A stretch of 64,000 nt of DNA, taken from assembly GCA_030390025.1 (NCBI GenBank), contig CM059432.1:106394001-106458000 (forward strand), read 5' to 3'. This DNA comes from Squalus acanthias (lineage: Eukaryota). Below, in pieces: positions 33,771-46,179 of the stretch (position 1 is its first letter; each line of letters begins with the position of its first letter). The translations under genes were made by a program, and so were the position numbers. The notes under the pieces were generated by a model. It was not told where the DNA came from. It was given only the letters and a program-made list of their open reading frames with translations, and did no database searches.

Positions 33771-35381
33771 GACCCAGATTTTGCAGTTGAAATAACGGTG
33801 AGGCTATCAGCGCTCACCGTTATTAAGGAGTAAATCGGATAGCAATCTCCGCCATCCACATATGCGCAGTTAAATATGGAAGTGAGGAAGTTGCTGTCCA
33901 AGTTTCCTTGCTCCTCCACAAGCTACACTACACTGCTACCTCGCCAAGAGACTTGGCATTCACATACATGAAGGCTGTGAATTTGTGGTACTTACCCATT
34001 AGTTACCACTAAACACGCCAGAAAAAGTTAGGCTTGTCCATTCACATGTAAGTGAATTTGTAACAGCATGGTAAGTCTTAATCACTGCCAAACAAACTCT
34101 CTGGCACTGAAAATTAATTTTTACAAGTGTGAATTCTCATTCCTTCAGATTTTATTCACTGTTGGGGACTTAAAAAAATTAAAAATTAACTTTTTTGTGT
34201 CTATTCTCTCTCTTAATCCCATCATTCTTTCCCTCGCTTTATTTTGCTTTCTGTACATGATTTTACACTGAATTAAATATTCTAACTTGCACTTCCTGGT
34301 TTAGACTCTGTGGGCTGGATTTTGTCAATGGGGGCGCGTTGGGGGGCGGGACTGCTGGTTTTCGGGTTTCAGTCCCGCCTCCAATGACGTCTGGCCAACC
34401 CACGCTATTTTCCCTTGATTGACCTTGTTAAGCCCGCCCTGCGGGCTTAGCCGGCCAATTGAGGGAAAGCCGGTGACAGAGGACGTCAGCGTATGACGTT
34501 TCATCTGTCGAAAATTTTTTGACAGATGAATTGTCAGTTTTTGACAGCTTTGAGAAGCTGTCAAACACTGACAATCTCTGTTCTAAGGTAAGCCCTTGCA
34601 CACAGACTCACCAAGACCTCTCTCCTCAGCAGAAAGCAGATGGCTGCTGAATTTGAGAATGCAGCAGCCATTCTGTCATCTCTGCCATTGAGATGAGGCA
34701 CCTCCGGATCCCCAAGGGTTGAAGCCTGCAGGAAGAAGCAAAGGTAAGTAAACTTTTTCTAATACTTTACACTCACCTCTCATACTTACCTCTCCACACT
34801 TGCACCCATCACTCACCTCTACAGCAGACTTTTCGATCCCTCTCGCCCCCGCAGACCCACTGCTCACCTCGGTGACCCTGGTGAGGTTCGCAGCCATCGG
34901 GAAGCCCGCACTTGCAGGGGTAAAATGGGGATAAGCCTCAAAACTGCCTGTTAACTACCTGTTAACAGGCAATTAATTGGCTCTAATCCCCTTCCCGCCT
35001 CGAGGAGACGGGTCCCTGCGCGAGTCGGGGACCCGCCTCCTGGGAAGATGGCACGGAGACGGGTTGGGAGCGAGGTCAGTACCCACTCCCAGTTTCTGCC
35101 ATTTTCCCGGCAATCCTGCCTCTATACCTGCCTCCCCAGGGCTGGCAAAATTCCTCCCTGCGTGTCTCAGTAAGAATTCTTTAATCTGATTGATTGAGGA
35201 GACACGCCGTTGCTTGTCCCGTTCACACAGGTCCCAGATCCCCTGTAGAGGGCACCGCACTATTTCGGCTCTCTAATCACCGCAAGTCACAGTGTAAAAG
35301 CCCACAGAAAGTCTGTGGTTAAGTGTAAGTGTAATGAACATCGAGCACCGTTCGTTCACCACTGACTGCAAAATCCGGGCC
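33771..35381. mobile_element. Non-autonomous TIR element (Harbinger-like)
   Basis: TIRs GACCCAGATTTTGCAGT / ACTGCAAAATCCGGGCC interrupt the host CR1. TSD is not clean. Confidence 0.75.
34312..35158. mobile_element. Harbinger-type MITE nested in the preceding element
   Basis: Ends GGGCTGGATTTTGTCA / TGGCAAAATTCCTCCC, TSD TGT/TGC. Confidence 0.7.
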
Positions 35382-35990
35382 ATAGAGATTAAAATGAGAC
35401 TGAAAAAGGAGGTTAATGACAAATGTAAGGTTCATAATACAGTAGAGAACCAAGCTGAATTTAGAAAGTACAGAGAACATCTAAGAAAGAGCATAAACGT
35501 GGCAAAGCTTGTCTATAGTGAGTATGAGAATAGATTAGCAGCTAACATAAAAAGGAAAAAGTCTTTTATAAACATATAAATAGTAAAAGTGTAGTCAAAG
35601 GAAGGGTGGGGCTGAGTAGGGACCAAAAAGGAGATATTCTTGTGGAGGCAGAGGGCATAGCTGAGGTACAAATAAGTACTTTGCATCTGTCTTCACTAGA
35701 GAAGAGGATGCTGCCAATGTAGCAGTAAAGGAGGAGGTAGTAATAATAAAAATATATAGGATAAAAATAGAAAAAGAGGAGGTATTTAAAGGGTTGGAAT
35801 TACTCAAAGTAGAAAAGTCACCCGGTCTGGATGGGATGCATCCTAGGTTACTGAGGGAAGTAATGGTAGAAATTGCGGAGGCTCTGGCCACAATTTTCCA
35901 ATCCTCCTTAGAAATGGGAGTGGTGCCAGAGGACTGGGGGATTGCAAATGTTACACCCCTGTTCAAAAAAGGGGAGAGGGATAAATCCAG

Positions 35991-37710
35991 GATTACAGGC
36001 ACACCACTGGCACCCTCAAGAAACGCTTCCACTGCCTGGACCGCTCTGGAGGAACCCTGCAGTACACAGCTGAGTGGGTATCAAGATTTGTGGTAATATA
36101 CTGCATGCTGCACAACCTGTCCATTATGAAGGAACAGCCCTTGCTACCAACTATCAGGCGAGAAGCTGAGCAGCAGGAGCACGAGGAGGAGGTGGAGGAA
36201 CAGGAAGAGGAAGTGAAGCTGCAATGTGGACAGCCCCTTTCTGCCCTGGCTCTACATGATGAAATAATTAATGCGTGATACCAGTAACCTCAACCACATC
36301 TCTGCATTCACCAACAGTCCCACTTGCCTTACCTTTCTTCTGTCACTGACCATCACATCCTCTTTCTGACAACACAAAAATAAAAACCAGCAGAAAATGC
36401 GCATTCCAATCAAATTTTATAAATTCAATCATTACATAATGCAAACAAAAATAAACTAATCACCCTTGTGCATTCCTTTAGTGCCTATCTTCCCTGTGTC
36501 ATTTCTGTACCTACGAGGTGCTTCCCCAGTGCAGCAGCATGGATGGTATCCAGAGCCATGATGGCAGCAGTCTGAACTTCCACTGCAGCACTCAGACGTT
36601 GGGTGGCTGCTGCTTGTGCTGCAATGGAAGCTGTGACATCGGACATCACACGCTGCATCATGGTGGGTTCCACAAGTATGCTGATGGACGTGACCACCCG
36701 TTCCATGTTGGAAAGGATGGGTTCCAAGCTCTGCGTAAAGCCCTGTGCCAAGTTGGTGCTGGACTCCTCCATGTTCCTTGATATTGAGCGCAGGCATTCA
36801 GGTAGGCTTTCCAGTGCACCTAGCATTTGGTTGTGTACATCCATCAGCCTTCTTCTGTAGCCTGGGCCATCAAAGTCCTCATCTGAGTTTGCTGCAGCAG
36901 AACTAGTGTGGCAAGCTGGCACCTGCCCTATCCTTTCCCCCCACCCTGGCTCCTGTGCACTTGTGCCCAGTGTCTCACCACATGTAGATCCTTCCTCTAT
37001 CCTATCCTCTAAAATACGGTGTCAGTATCTGAGCTGGTGGCTGTGAGTGTAAGATCGAGTGACAGTGTCTATTCACCTTCACTTTCTTCTTCCTCTTCCT
37101 CCACTGACCGGGTAGGTTCCCATTCTTGGGTATCTGAAATGAAAAAAGGATAAGGGTTAGGTTGTGGTGAGGGGAGAGGAGAAATTAAGATGTGCATGCT
37201 TACACCATCTGTAGCTTCTCAATCAGAACAGATTGAGGGATGAGGGAGAAGTGGGATGAGGAAAGGACGATTAGGTATGCTGATATCCTCATCATCGATC
37301 GCTTCAGCGCCGCCAGTGGCCATGGCCTCAGTGATGCCCATTCCCATGATTGGCAGCACTGTCTCCTCCATGGGTGTTAAACATGCAGGCGCGCTTTTTC
37401 AAGTTCTTTCCTGCTGCCTCCTGTTATGCGCTACCTTCTCCTGCAAGAAAGAGGGAATTGTGTCAATGAGTGTCCTGCAATATGTTTGGCTGATGTGGCT
37501 GTGATGGTTGAATAGATGTGTGCGAGCTGTGAGTTGTGCTGATGAGTGCAGCCAATGAACAGCGCGGATAGTGCTGGCTGCACGCAACAATCTTGTAAAA
37601 CAGCAGGCAGCATGAATTTAACATGCTGCCTGCAAAGCAATGAACGGGCGTGGGTTAATCGCGCACCCCAATCCCCGTGCCTGTTTTCAGGTCTTATCCA
37701 ATTTAACCCC
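35991..37710. mobile_element. Degenerate Harbinger remnant (transposase C-terminus on +, Myb gene remnants on -)
   Basis: LKKRFHCLDRSGG..CMLHNL plus acidic tail. Minus strand EKVAHNRRQQERT and RLMDVHNQMLGAL parallel the intact element. Ends CCAATTTAACCCC. Confidence 0.8.
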
Positions 37711-38474
37711 CGGTGTGTAAGGCACAAGTCAGAGCACTGCACCTCTTCACCTTTTGCTTCTCACACTTCTCTTCCAGAACCGTCTGGGTCTTAACTTACA
37801 TACCCAACTGTTCTCCTCTTTCTCAGAGGTGGGAAGGACAAGAACTACACCCTCCTGCAGCCCAACCCCTCAGGACTGCTATGTCAGAAGGCTTGTTTTA
37901 CCCAGTTAACAAAACTGAAGATCTGAGTTAAGTACTAAAAGTGAAGGGGGAGGGGGGAAATAATAATTTTGACAATATATAAATAGATTGATTTCTAGTA
38001 ATATCGTAGAGAGCTTCTCGAGTTAGTCACATGATCACATTGGCTGCCAAGTTATTCTTGGGCATTAATGTTGCTTGTTGGGGAAACAACGAAAATTGGA
38101 AAATCAAAATTTTTGTTTATTCTGCGCCCTTTCTCCTATAATAATGATTTATTTTAAGTTTGGCAGCATTTGTTCATCAAATTGAGATTTAACCATATTT
38201 TTTTCACAGGCATAATAATATTGGTGGAAAACCGTTTCACAAATGTTAGCTAACTCTCACTAGGTCTGTTCTTAAAATCCCACTAAAACATCCACAGTCT
38301 TCTTGAGGATTTGTATTGTATCTAGGAACAATCCATTTTTTATGATTACATATTCAGTACAGAATTTAATATTTTTTTAATAAGTATGAAATCCAGCAAT
38401 GTTATTGGTTAAATTGCTCCCATTGTTGGAACGTAATGTCTGAAAATTGAATGAGATTCCAGTTGGGTTGGTGG

Positions 38475-38625
38475 AGTTTTAGACACAAAAGGCATCAAGG
38501 GGTATGGGGAGAGAGCGGGAATATGGTATTGAGATAGAGGATCAGCCATGATCCTACTGAATGGCGGAGCAGGCTCGAAGGGCCGAATGGCCGACTCCTG
38601 CTCCTATTTTTTTCTATGTTCTATG
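38475..38625 (+). mobile_element. CR1 3' tail fragment
   Basis: GATCAGCCATGATC..GGCTCGAAGGGCCGAATGGCCGACTCCTGCTCCTA, same as 13720-13850 in reverse complement. Confidence 0.85.
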
Positions 38626-38989
38626 ACTTTCCCCAGTGATCGAAAATACATTTTGGAAATTTAGGAAATCTAATTGGGTTCACATGATGCTAAAGAGGTC
38701 ATGAAGGAAGATCGGAGAGAAACTGGAGAAAGATGTGAGTTCAGGGCTCGGGCAGGGGGGAACCTTAGAGGAAGTTTGGCGCGGTGGGCTAGGGGAAGGA
38801 AGGGAAGTGGCAGAGGAAGCTGAACGGATGGTCTCAATCTTAGTTAAGTTGTATACTGGGTGATGTCTGTGGTGACATACTGCTTGGCCTCATAAATTTG
38901 TTCTGATGGCATTGGCCTCATGCCTAATAGCCTATTGGGCTAGATTTTAAAAAAATACTGCTCCCCACCCACCTAATTTAGTATTCATG

Positions 38990-40460
38990 GGACCGGCCAA
39001 CACGCGTCTTGGAAAGCTGGGAGTGCGGCTTCAGTGGGCGGGTGACGTGTTTCCCGGGAGGTTCTGAAGGTGTATCCAGTTTGTGGGTCGGAGTGAGCTC
39101 GGGGAGCCGAGAGTGGGTCGCATCAGATCAGAGGCAGTGTGGCTGGAAATAGAGCTTAGCAACTTTAATTTGAGAGCGAGCAATTGACGAGGAGATTGCA
39201 AGCACATTTCTTCCTTTATAACAGAACGTAAGAAAGCAGAGCCGTGGTTCGAAATTAAGTCGCATTAAGGCGATATTACTGGTGTGTTTTTTAAAAGCTG
39301 GCTTTAGTGGAGGAGGGGGAGGCAGGCGCAGAGCAATGGGGTAAATGTGTATATTTGGGTGAGAAATGGCATTTAAAATGCCGAAGTACATTGTGTGAAC
39401 CTTTGTACCAAAGACAACGCCGTCTAAAAATTGTTTTAAGGGCTTCGGGCAATGTAACGATTAAGACATTTGCATACGGGTTATATTGTGTTGTGGAATT
39501 TGAAGCTTGATGGTTGAGTTAAATGCAAGTTTAATGAATGGAAAAATTCAACAAACTGTGTTAGTTCCAGTAGGGCGCCGCGTTTAGATGCGTGTGTGTG
39601 TGTTTCTCATTGCCCCTGGGCTCTTCCATTCGCCGAGGACTTTTGCTTCAGGTTTTTATGCTGATGTCCAGGGCAGGCGTGTCTGCAGTAAAGAGTCAAA
39701 AAGAACCCTGGAATACTGCAGTGACTCATAGGCCGCGGTGCAGGAAAGTTGCTTGGAATCAGATTTTGGTTTGAAGGGAATGGGTTGATTTCTAGATGGC
39801 GAAGGGTTAATTGAGGTTTACTGAGTATTGAGGCGAAAATTAGGGCTTTGTGAAGAACCGTGTGGTGCGGCTTTCTTTGTTGATGTATGTGTCAACACAT
39901 TTGTTCGAGTAAAAGATCGATATTATACAACAAAAAAACCTCGGGGGATTCATTTCGTAATTCCATGAAAACTGTCTCGTGTCGGCGTGATCGCCACATT
40001 GTAACTTTACAGCGCGACAGTGAGACAGACCAGTTTTTGTATTCAAGTCATTAGTGGTGGGAGCGTTGGCAACGAGGCGTTCGGTCTATTCACGCAGGAA
40101 GCTGTTTAAACGGGAACATACAAAAGAGTTTTTCTCTCCTCCTCTCCACAAGGCGCTGCATTCCTGGAAATTTCCTAGAAATGGAAGGGGTCGGGAACGC
40201 CATGCAGAAGAAAACTGCTGATCTTGAGCACATGGCCGAGGTTTTAATCACTGGGGAGCAGCTAAGGTAGGATTGCTTCTTTGTGGATGCTGCATATTCC
40301 GGGCTGTGGAAAGCTTCCCTTTCAGTGTCATTTCCCTCTTTCCACATTGGAGGAAAGGGTTTTTGATAGAGCTAGCTTCTATTTATATCCGAGCTGAATT
40401 GTTACTGTCGGCATCTGGCGTTTTCCGCTAAGTGTATCTCCGGCTACAACCGGCATATTG
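38990..40460 (+). promoter_or_regulatory. CpG-rich, repeat-free DEPTOR promoter/5' region
   Basis: Elevated CpG and no recognisable TE. GC box/CRE-like GGGCGGGTGACGTG at ~39035 and AP-1 TGACTCA at 39722-39728. Spans exon 1. Confidence 0.6.
40181..40266 (+). CDS. DEPTOR: DEPTOR coding exon 1 (DEP domain-containing mTOR-interacting protein)
   Basis: MEGVGNAMQKKTADLEHMAEVLITGEQLR matches the DEPTOR N-terminal motif LERMAEVLVTGEQLR. Donor AG|GTAGGA, phase 2. DSCC1-DEPTOR divergent synteny is known in human. Exon 2 was not found in the window. Confidence 0.93.
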
Positions 40461-42318
40461 TCCTTGTGTGGAAAGTGCTTGTGGTTATTGGTAAAAGGCC
40501 CTACATTAAAAAGTTGCATTTGGAACGGGGATAATTACTACAAAAATTAAAGTAAGTTCTTAGATATTTTCCTGTTTTCAATTATTTAGAAATTCTAAAT
40601 TGATCTCCACTACAGGGCTACTACCTCAATGTCATTGGCACACTACTTTTTTGTTTACATATGTAGTGTCAAATGCAAGCTTTTGTAATCTCTATGCGAT
40701 GTGGGAAGTGTTTTCCCGCCTCCCCAATCCGTCATGAAGAACCTGTCACTTTTTAATGAGTAGGAAGACATTTTCCTTTCCCCCTCCCTCAATGTTTTTG
40801 ATCTATTTCTATTCTGATAAATACTTGGCTTCGATAGGTAACAGCTCCAATTAAAAATAGTCAGTTTGCAAACCTTTTAATACTGTGGTCCCTTTTAAAT
40901 CGTTCCGCAATTCAACATAAACAAAAAAAGACTTAGAAACCAGCACTTGATACACCCAACTGGAATTCTAAAATTTGAACCTGCCTTAAAAATATTTGTA
41001 CCAGAGGACTTGAAAGATGGATGATTGAATCTCTATGTAATATGGTTTGTTACACTGATTTCTTTTCCAACTTTGTGCTTTCCTTTCCTAAATTCTCCAT
41101 AGCACTAGCAGCCCCCTCATTCTTCATGGGTAAACCGTGTACGTAGTAGGTCTACATTGCTCAGTGCTATACCAGATGACACTGAGCATTGGAGGGGAGG
41201 GAAGCACTCACTGAAGTTGCCAACTTGGTTCAGGAGTTTTTTTTCTGGGTTATTAAGTTAGATTTAAAGTTGGTACTGTTAATGACTAGAGTTAGGTAAT
41301 AGGTTTACATGTATCTGATGGCAAGATACCCTGTTTTTTTTGTGCTTGTGGGAAATGGGTGACTGCTAAATGTATATATCAGAAATGGCATTTATTCCAT
41401 GTAGTTCATTTTGTGCTATTTAAAAAAAAAAAAACATGTTCGTTAACAATGAACTCAAGATGCAACATACAGTTTTAATAGATTTTATTTTCATGATTTC
41501 AGAGGCAACATCAGTGCAGTTAATGTGTAGTCAACTATCTGATGACTGACCCAATTTGGCAGGTTGATTATACTAAAATCATGTATGTTTGCTACCATTC
41601 ACTCCCTTGTCTCTTAGAGGAGGATTAAATTAAATGAGTAATAGTGTTTACTCAATTTTAATGTAACTCATTGTTTCACATCCTTGGGTTTTATTTGCAT
41701 TAAGAAGGGTGGTTAATAACCTATGTCGTACAAATAAAAGCATGAGAAACACCAAGTGAAATGGGCATTAGGCCCATCAAAATTCATCCCTCCAGTACCA
41801 TAATTCTTAAATTTTGTAATATCAACCTTCATTTTGAATGTACTGAGTGTTTTAGCTTCCACTACCCTGCCTGGGGAATATTCCAACATGTATCACTGTT
41901 GAAGGTCTTCCTAATATCTGTTTTAAACTAATTCCCACTTTTCAAGCTTAATTTGAAATATATTCTGCCATTAAACAAGCAGTATTTGTTTATACCACTT
42001 AAAATTTATATACCTCCAATGAGGTAACTTTTGCCTCTCGGAACTATCTGCTTTCAAGAGTGTTGAGCTTAACTTCTAATAAATCCTCATAGCTCACCCT
42101 TGACCTTTTGGGGTGAGCATTGGTGCTCTACACTGCATTGTCTCCCACATGTGCTCCAATTTTTTCACTCCCTTTAATTCAGATTATCTGTCAATTCAAT
42201 TTCTTTGCTGAGCAAACACCTCTCCTTTGCTTATTTATTTAAATTGCATAATTTGAATTTCTGGATAGTTTCGGTTTTTTCTCTCCCTCCCTCTCCTTGT
42301 TCTCTCAGACATTGTATA

Positions 42319-42650
42319 CAGGAAACTTTCGTTTATCCGGCACCCAAATATCCGGAATTCTCGCTTAACCGGCAAAAATCAGGTAAGTTTTATTATACAG
42401 ACAAGACCCCGATTCTGACCTTTCGCCCCCACGAAAGGGGGGTCAACGTTCTTCCGACTCGGACCTGTCGCCGCCATGGAGGAAAAAGCTGGAGTCACGT
42501 TTACCTTCCCTCTCCGGGTCCCAATTGTTAAGCCTGTGGCCGTGTACGGGGCTCTCGTACCTTGGTAAGTATACCTCTCTGTAATCCGGCACTTTCGATC
42601 AACCGGCACCACGCCGGTCCCGTCGGTGCCGGATAAACGAAAGTTTCCTG
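42319..42650. mobile_element. Young Tc1/mariner (pogo/Tigger-type) MITE, 332 bp
   Basis: Perfect 26-bp TIR CAGGAAACTTTCGTTTATCCGGCACC with TA on both sides. Confidence 0.95.
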
Positions 42651-43973
42651 TATTTGCGTTTTGACCAATAAGCAATACTTAACATTTATAGTGTTCAATT
42701 CAATTTGTTTTATGAATTTACAAAGTTAACATCCTTGTGTAAATCTTTTGCTGCATCTTTGTCTCTATTACTATCACTGACAGCAAATGTGCCTCTGCTC
42801 CAGGAGTGGCAGAATAAGTTAGAGATCATTTTAAATGGCCAAAAATCATTCTACATAGTGTTACGAGTACCTGGTGGGAATATTGTCTGTGTGCTGTGTT
42901 GATATTATTAGAGTTTAATCATTACCAGTTTTAACTCTACTAATGTCGGTCCAAGTAAACATTAGATTATGTAAGCAATGCGGTGGATATTCAAAATGAT
43001 TGTATTCTCCTTCAATTTGCCATCTCATGACTCTTTATTGAGGTATGGTACCACAGATGACAGCAGCCCTCTAGTGTCTCACTGAAGTGGTCATCCTTCA
43101 CGTGTGAGCTTGGACCATAGGGCCCATCTAACTTAAATATGTATTTTTTTCTCTCATTTTCTCCTTCAGATGCTGAAGTAGATTTTTCCAGATGGTGACA
43201 GCCCTCCCAATACCATGACGAACTGGCCTTTAAATATAAGCTTCGATATAGGTGCTGACTTACATAAAACATTTGAGAGGAGGACTGAGACGCACTAATG
43301 CCCATTCACGCAAGACTGATTTCAAAAGAAAATGTATAGTAGACTAAACTCTGGTGCAAAAGTTTCTACTGGCAGTGCAAACTGACTTTTAACCCTCTTG
43401 AGAATGTAACAATCGCAACACAAATTTTTAATATGTCTTGATGTGTTAACAATTCACACTTTTCACATGCAAATTTCAATACCACACTTCTACAAGAAAG
43501 CCAGTAATTTTCTGTTGCTTTCTGGCCTCTAATTGACCGTGGGATATTTGTAGGAACAATTAGCCTCAAATTGGTGTCAGTAATGCACAGCAATTAGACA
43601 TTGTGGTAAAGTTAAACATAACTGTATATGACCATATGTTGTGTAATACATGCTATAATACTCCTGTCATTATAAATTAGTATTCCCTGACTTGCAGTGA
43701 GTAACGCCATATTTTTGCAGCATTACTTAACAATATTAGCACTGCGTGGAGTAAAATAGCTTCCCTATCAAGTCAGTGGTTGTAAGTGTTGAGAGGCTAT
43801 TTGTCAACGGCATTGCAGCTAAGCCTATTCCTATTCTCAGCTCATATCTGCACCCATTCATGCACTTTCAAAACGCGGTCACAAGGTAATGATCAAGAAT
43901 CGAAACAATGCCTCTCATCCCTAACTGTCGACACTTAAGAGAAGTTTTAGTGGTACAGTCCCCACCACTTTTA

Positions 43974-45809
43974 GGCCTAGAAATTTGTGGCCACCACCAA
44001 AGCTGCCGGTGCCAACACGACCCGGGGTTAACTGGTTAACTCACTGTGGAATGCCGTGCCGATGGCGTTGGTCCCGGAAGGAGGCTCTAATGTGGTGTGC
44101 CCAAGTGTTGTTGCTGCTGGAAGAACTTGCTGACAGCGAGGCTGTGATTTCAGAAAGCTTTGTAGTTTTGTTAAAAGGGCAGTGGCTTCTGAAATGAACC
44201 TTCTGAAATGAAAAAAATAAAAATGATGTAAAAATATACAGTTTTTAGCCCTTACAGCACAACTGCCTTCTGGAAAAAAAAAAATAACATTAAAAAGAAT
44301 TCCCAAATGGGAATCTTCAGATCTTAAAGCTGAATTCTCTTCTGTACCAAAAAAAAGGGAAGAGTGCTACAGCACGTACACACATGGCTCAGCAAGCCAG
44401 GGAATAGAAGTCCTCTACCCACAGGGGCCAGGAGGCCCTCCAGGAAGAACAATGTCGGATCACATCACCAAGGTTGTCACTGCCAGCAGTGTCACCCCAC
44501 CACCTGGCTCGAGTGCCCAAAGAAGCTTCATGACCTCAGACCAGTGGTCAAGGTCAGTGAATGCATCTTCAAAAGCCGTCTCCTACCAACTGCACCACTA
44601 GCCTCCCACACTGCTCAATGCACAACCCCCATCACTCACCTACCAACAATCTGCACCAATCACGAGGCACACCTCCCATTCCTAGCTTCACCTCACCCCC
44701 TTGGAGGAGATGGTGCTGGCCATTCTTGGCAGGGACATGGCTGAGCCCTTGGCCAGTGGTGGGGCTGAAAGGATACAAGATGCTGGTATCCTCATACGTT
44801 ATCCTCCTTCTTGCATGCATGTCTTGCTTTCCCACTCTTCCCCTCACCACAACTCCACCCTTGTGCCTTTCTCAATTCACACACCCAAGAAATGCATCCT
44901 GCCCATCCAGTGGTTGACCAAGAAGAGTGAGGGGAGAGTGAAGAAGAAGAAACACGTCACTCAATTTCACACTACCAGCCACCAGCTCCTCAAGGTCGAC
45001 CAGCAAGACCATCTGCAGTGTCCTCCACTGAAAGTCAGCAGCCTTCCACCAGCCAAGCTGCAGCCACGGGGGTAGCACTGCGTGACATCACTAGGATAGG
45101 CAAAGGCACACACAAGACAGTCACTAAGGGAATGCACAAGGGTGATGAGTTGATTTTTTTGATGTAATATTGGATGGATAGATGTATAAAGTTGGATTGG
45201 AAAGTTTGCTTTGTGGTGGTTTTTATTTCAGCATTGTGGCCAAGAGGATGCTGTGATGGTCAGTAACAGAGGGAAAGTAAGGTGTGGGACAAATGTTGAA
45301 AGGGGAATTGGGGTTGTGGTCACTTTTATCGCAGGCGGATGATTCCATCCCAGATATTGTCTGGGTTGCATCCTTCCTTCTGCATCTTCCTCTTCCCTCT
45401 GCGAGCGGATGCTGTAAATCTGAAATAAAAGCATAACATGCTGGAAATACTCAGCAGGTCAGGCAACATCTCGACCTTAGACGTGAACTCTGTTTCTCTC
45501 ACCATGGATGTTGCTTGACCTGAGTATTTCCAGCATTTTCTGTCTTTTCAGAGGCCTTCCTTTACCATCCAGGCCTTGCAAGCATCCAGCAACACTCCCT
45601 GCACACTTTAAAAAAAAAACTTTTAACATGTATTGCACCAAGCCACTACTTCAATAAAATTAAAAAAATTCAGTCCAATAGCTTAAATGCAAACTTACCT
45701 GAAAGATGTGTGTCTCCCGCGACAGAGAAGGGCGCTAGAGTGGCGGCCGCCAATTTTCAACTGGATTGCTGTGAAAATTCATGGCCGTAAGTGGCCCCAT
45801 TTCTAGGCC
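43974..45809. mobile_element. Non-autonomous Harbinger derivative carrying a Penelope inverted repeat (~45404-45545)
   Basis: TIRs GGCCTAGAAAT..GGCCAC / GTGGCCCCATTTCTAGGCC. Myb remnant WLECPKKLHDL on +. Confidence 0.78.
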
Positions 45810-46179
45810 AAAATGTTCACCTTTAAAATGGGCAGTCACTTATATCGACCAAAAAGTGATAACCATTAACCATTTGCATTAACTTCAATTGGAAAGTTGC
45901 TTGTTATAGCGTCTTAAGTGCTCTATGTATTTCAGGCAGAAACAGCTGTGTTTACTCATTAATTGCATTTCATTCTACTTGGTGTTTCAGAAATTCAAAT
46001 ACTAAACATCAGAAGTTGAATTATTGCATTTCGTTCAAGGCACAGTGGCTTAACCATTTGCCTGCATTCAAATTATTAGGTTTTGCCGTATAACTTAAAC
46101 CTCCCTTTAGAATTGCACAGAACACTTCTTAATCGTAAATAAACTGCCATGTTTTTGGCTGGGTCTGAATGATTAAATA

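Larger units (their letters stand above)
17995..35990 (+). mobile_element. Host CR1 LINE fragmented into six pieces by nested insertions
   Basis: Collinear pieces ~17995-18423, 19327-19462, 23624-24603, 31694-31942, 33246-33770 and 35382-35990 give ORF1 zinc finger (SCAMWE..HVCRKC), esterase, APE and the start of RT. Confidence 0.85.
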
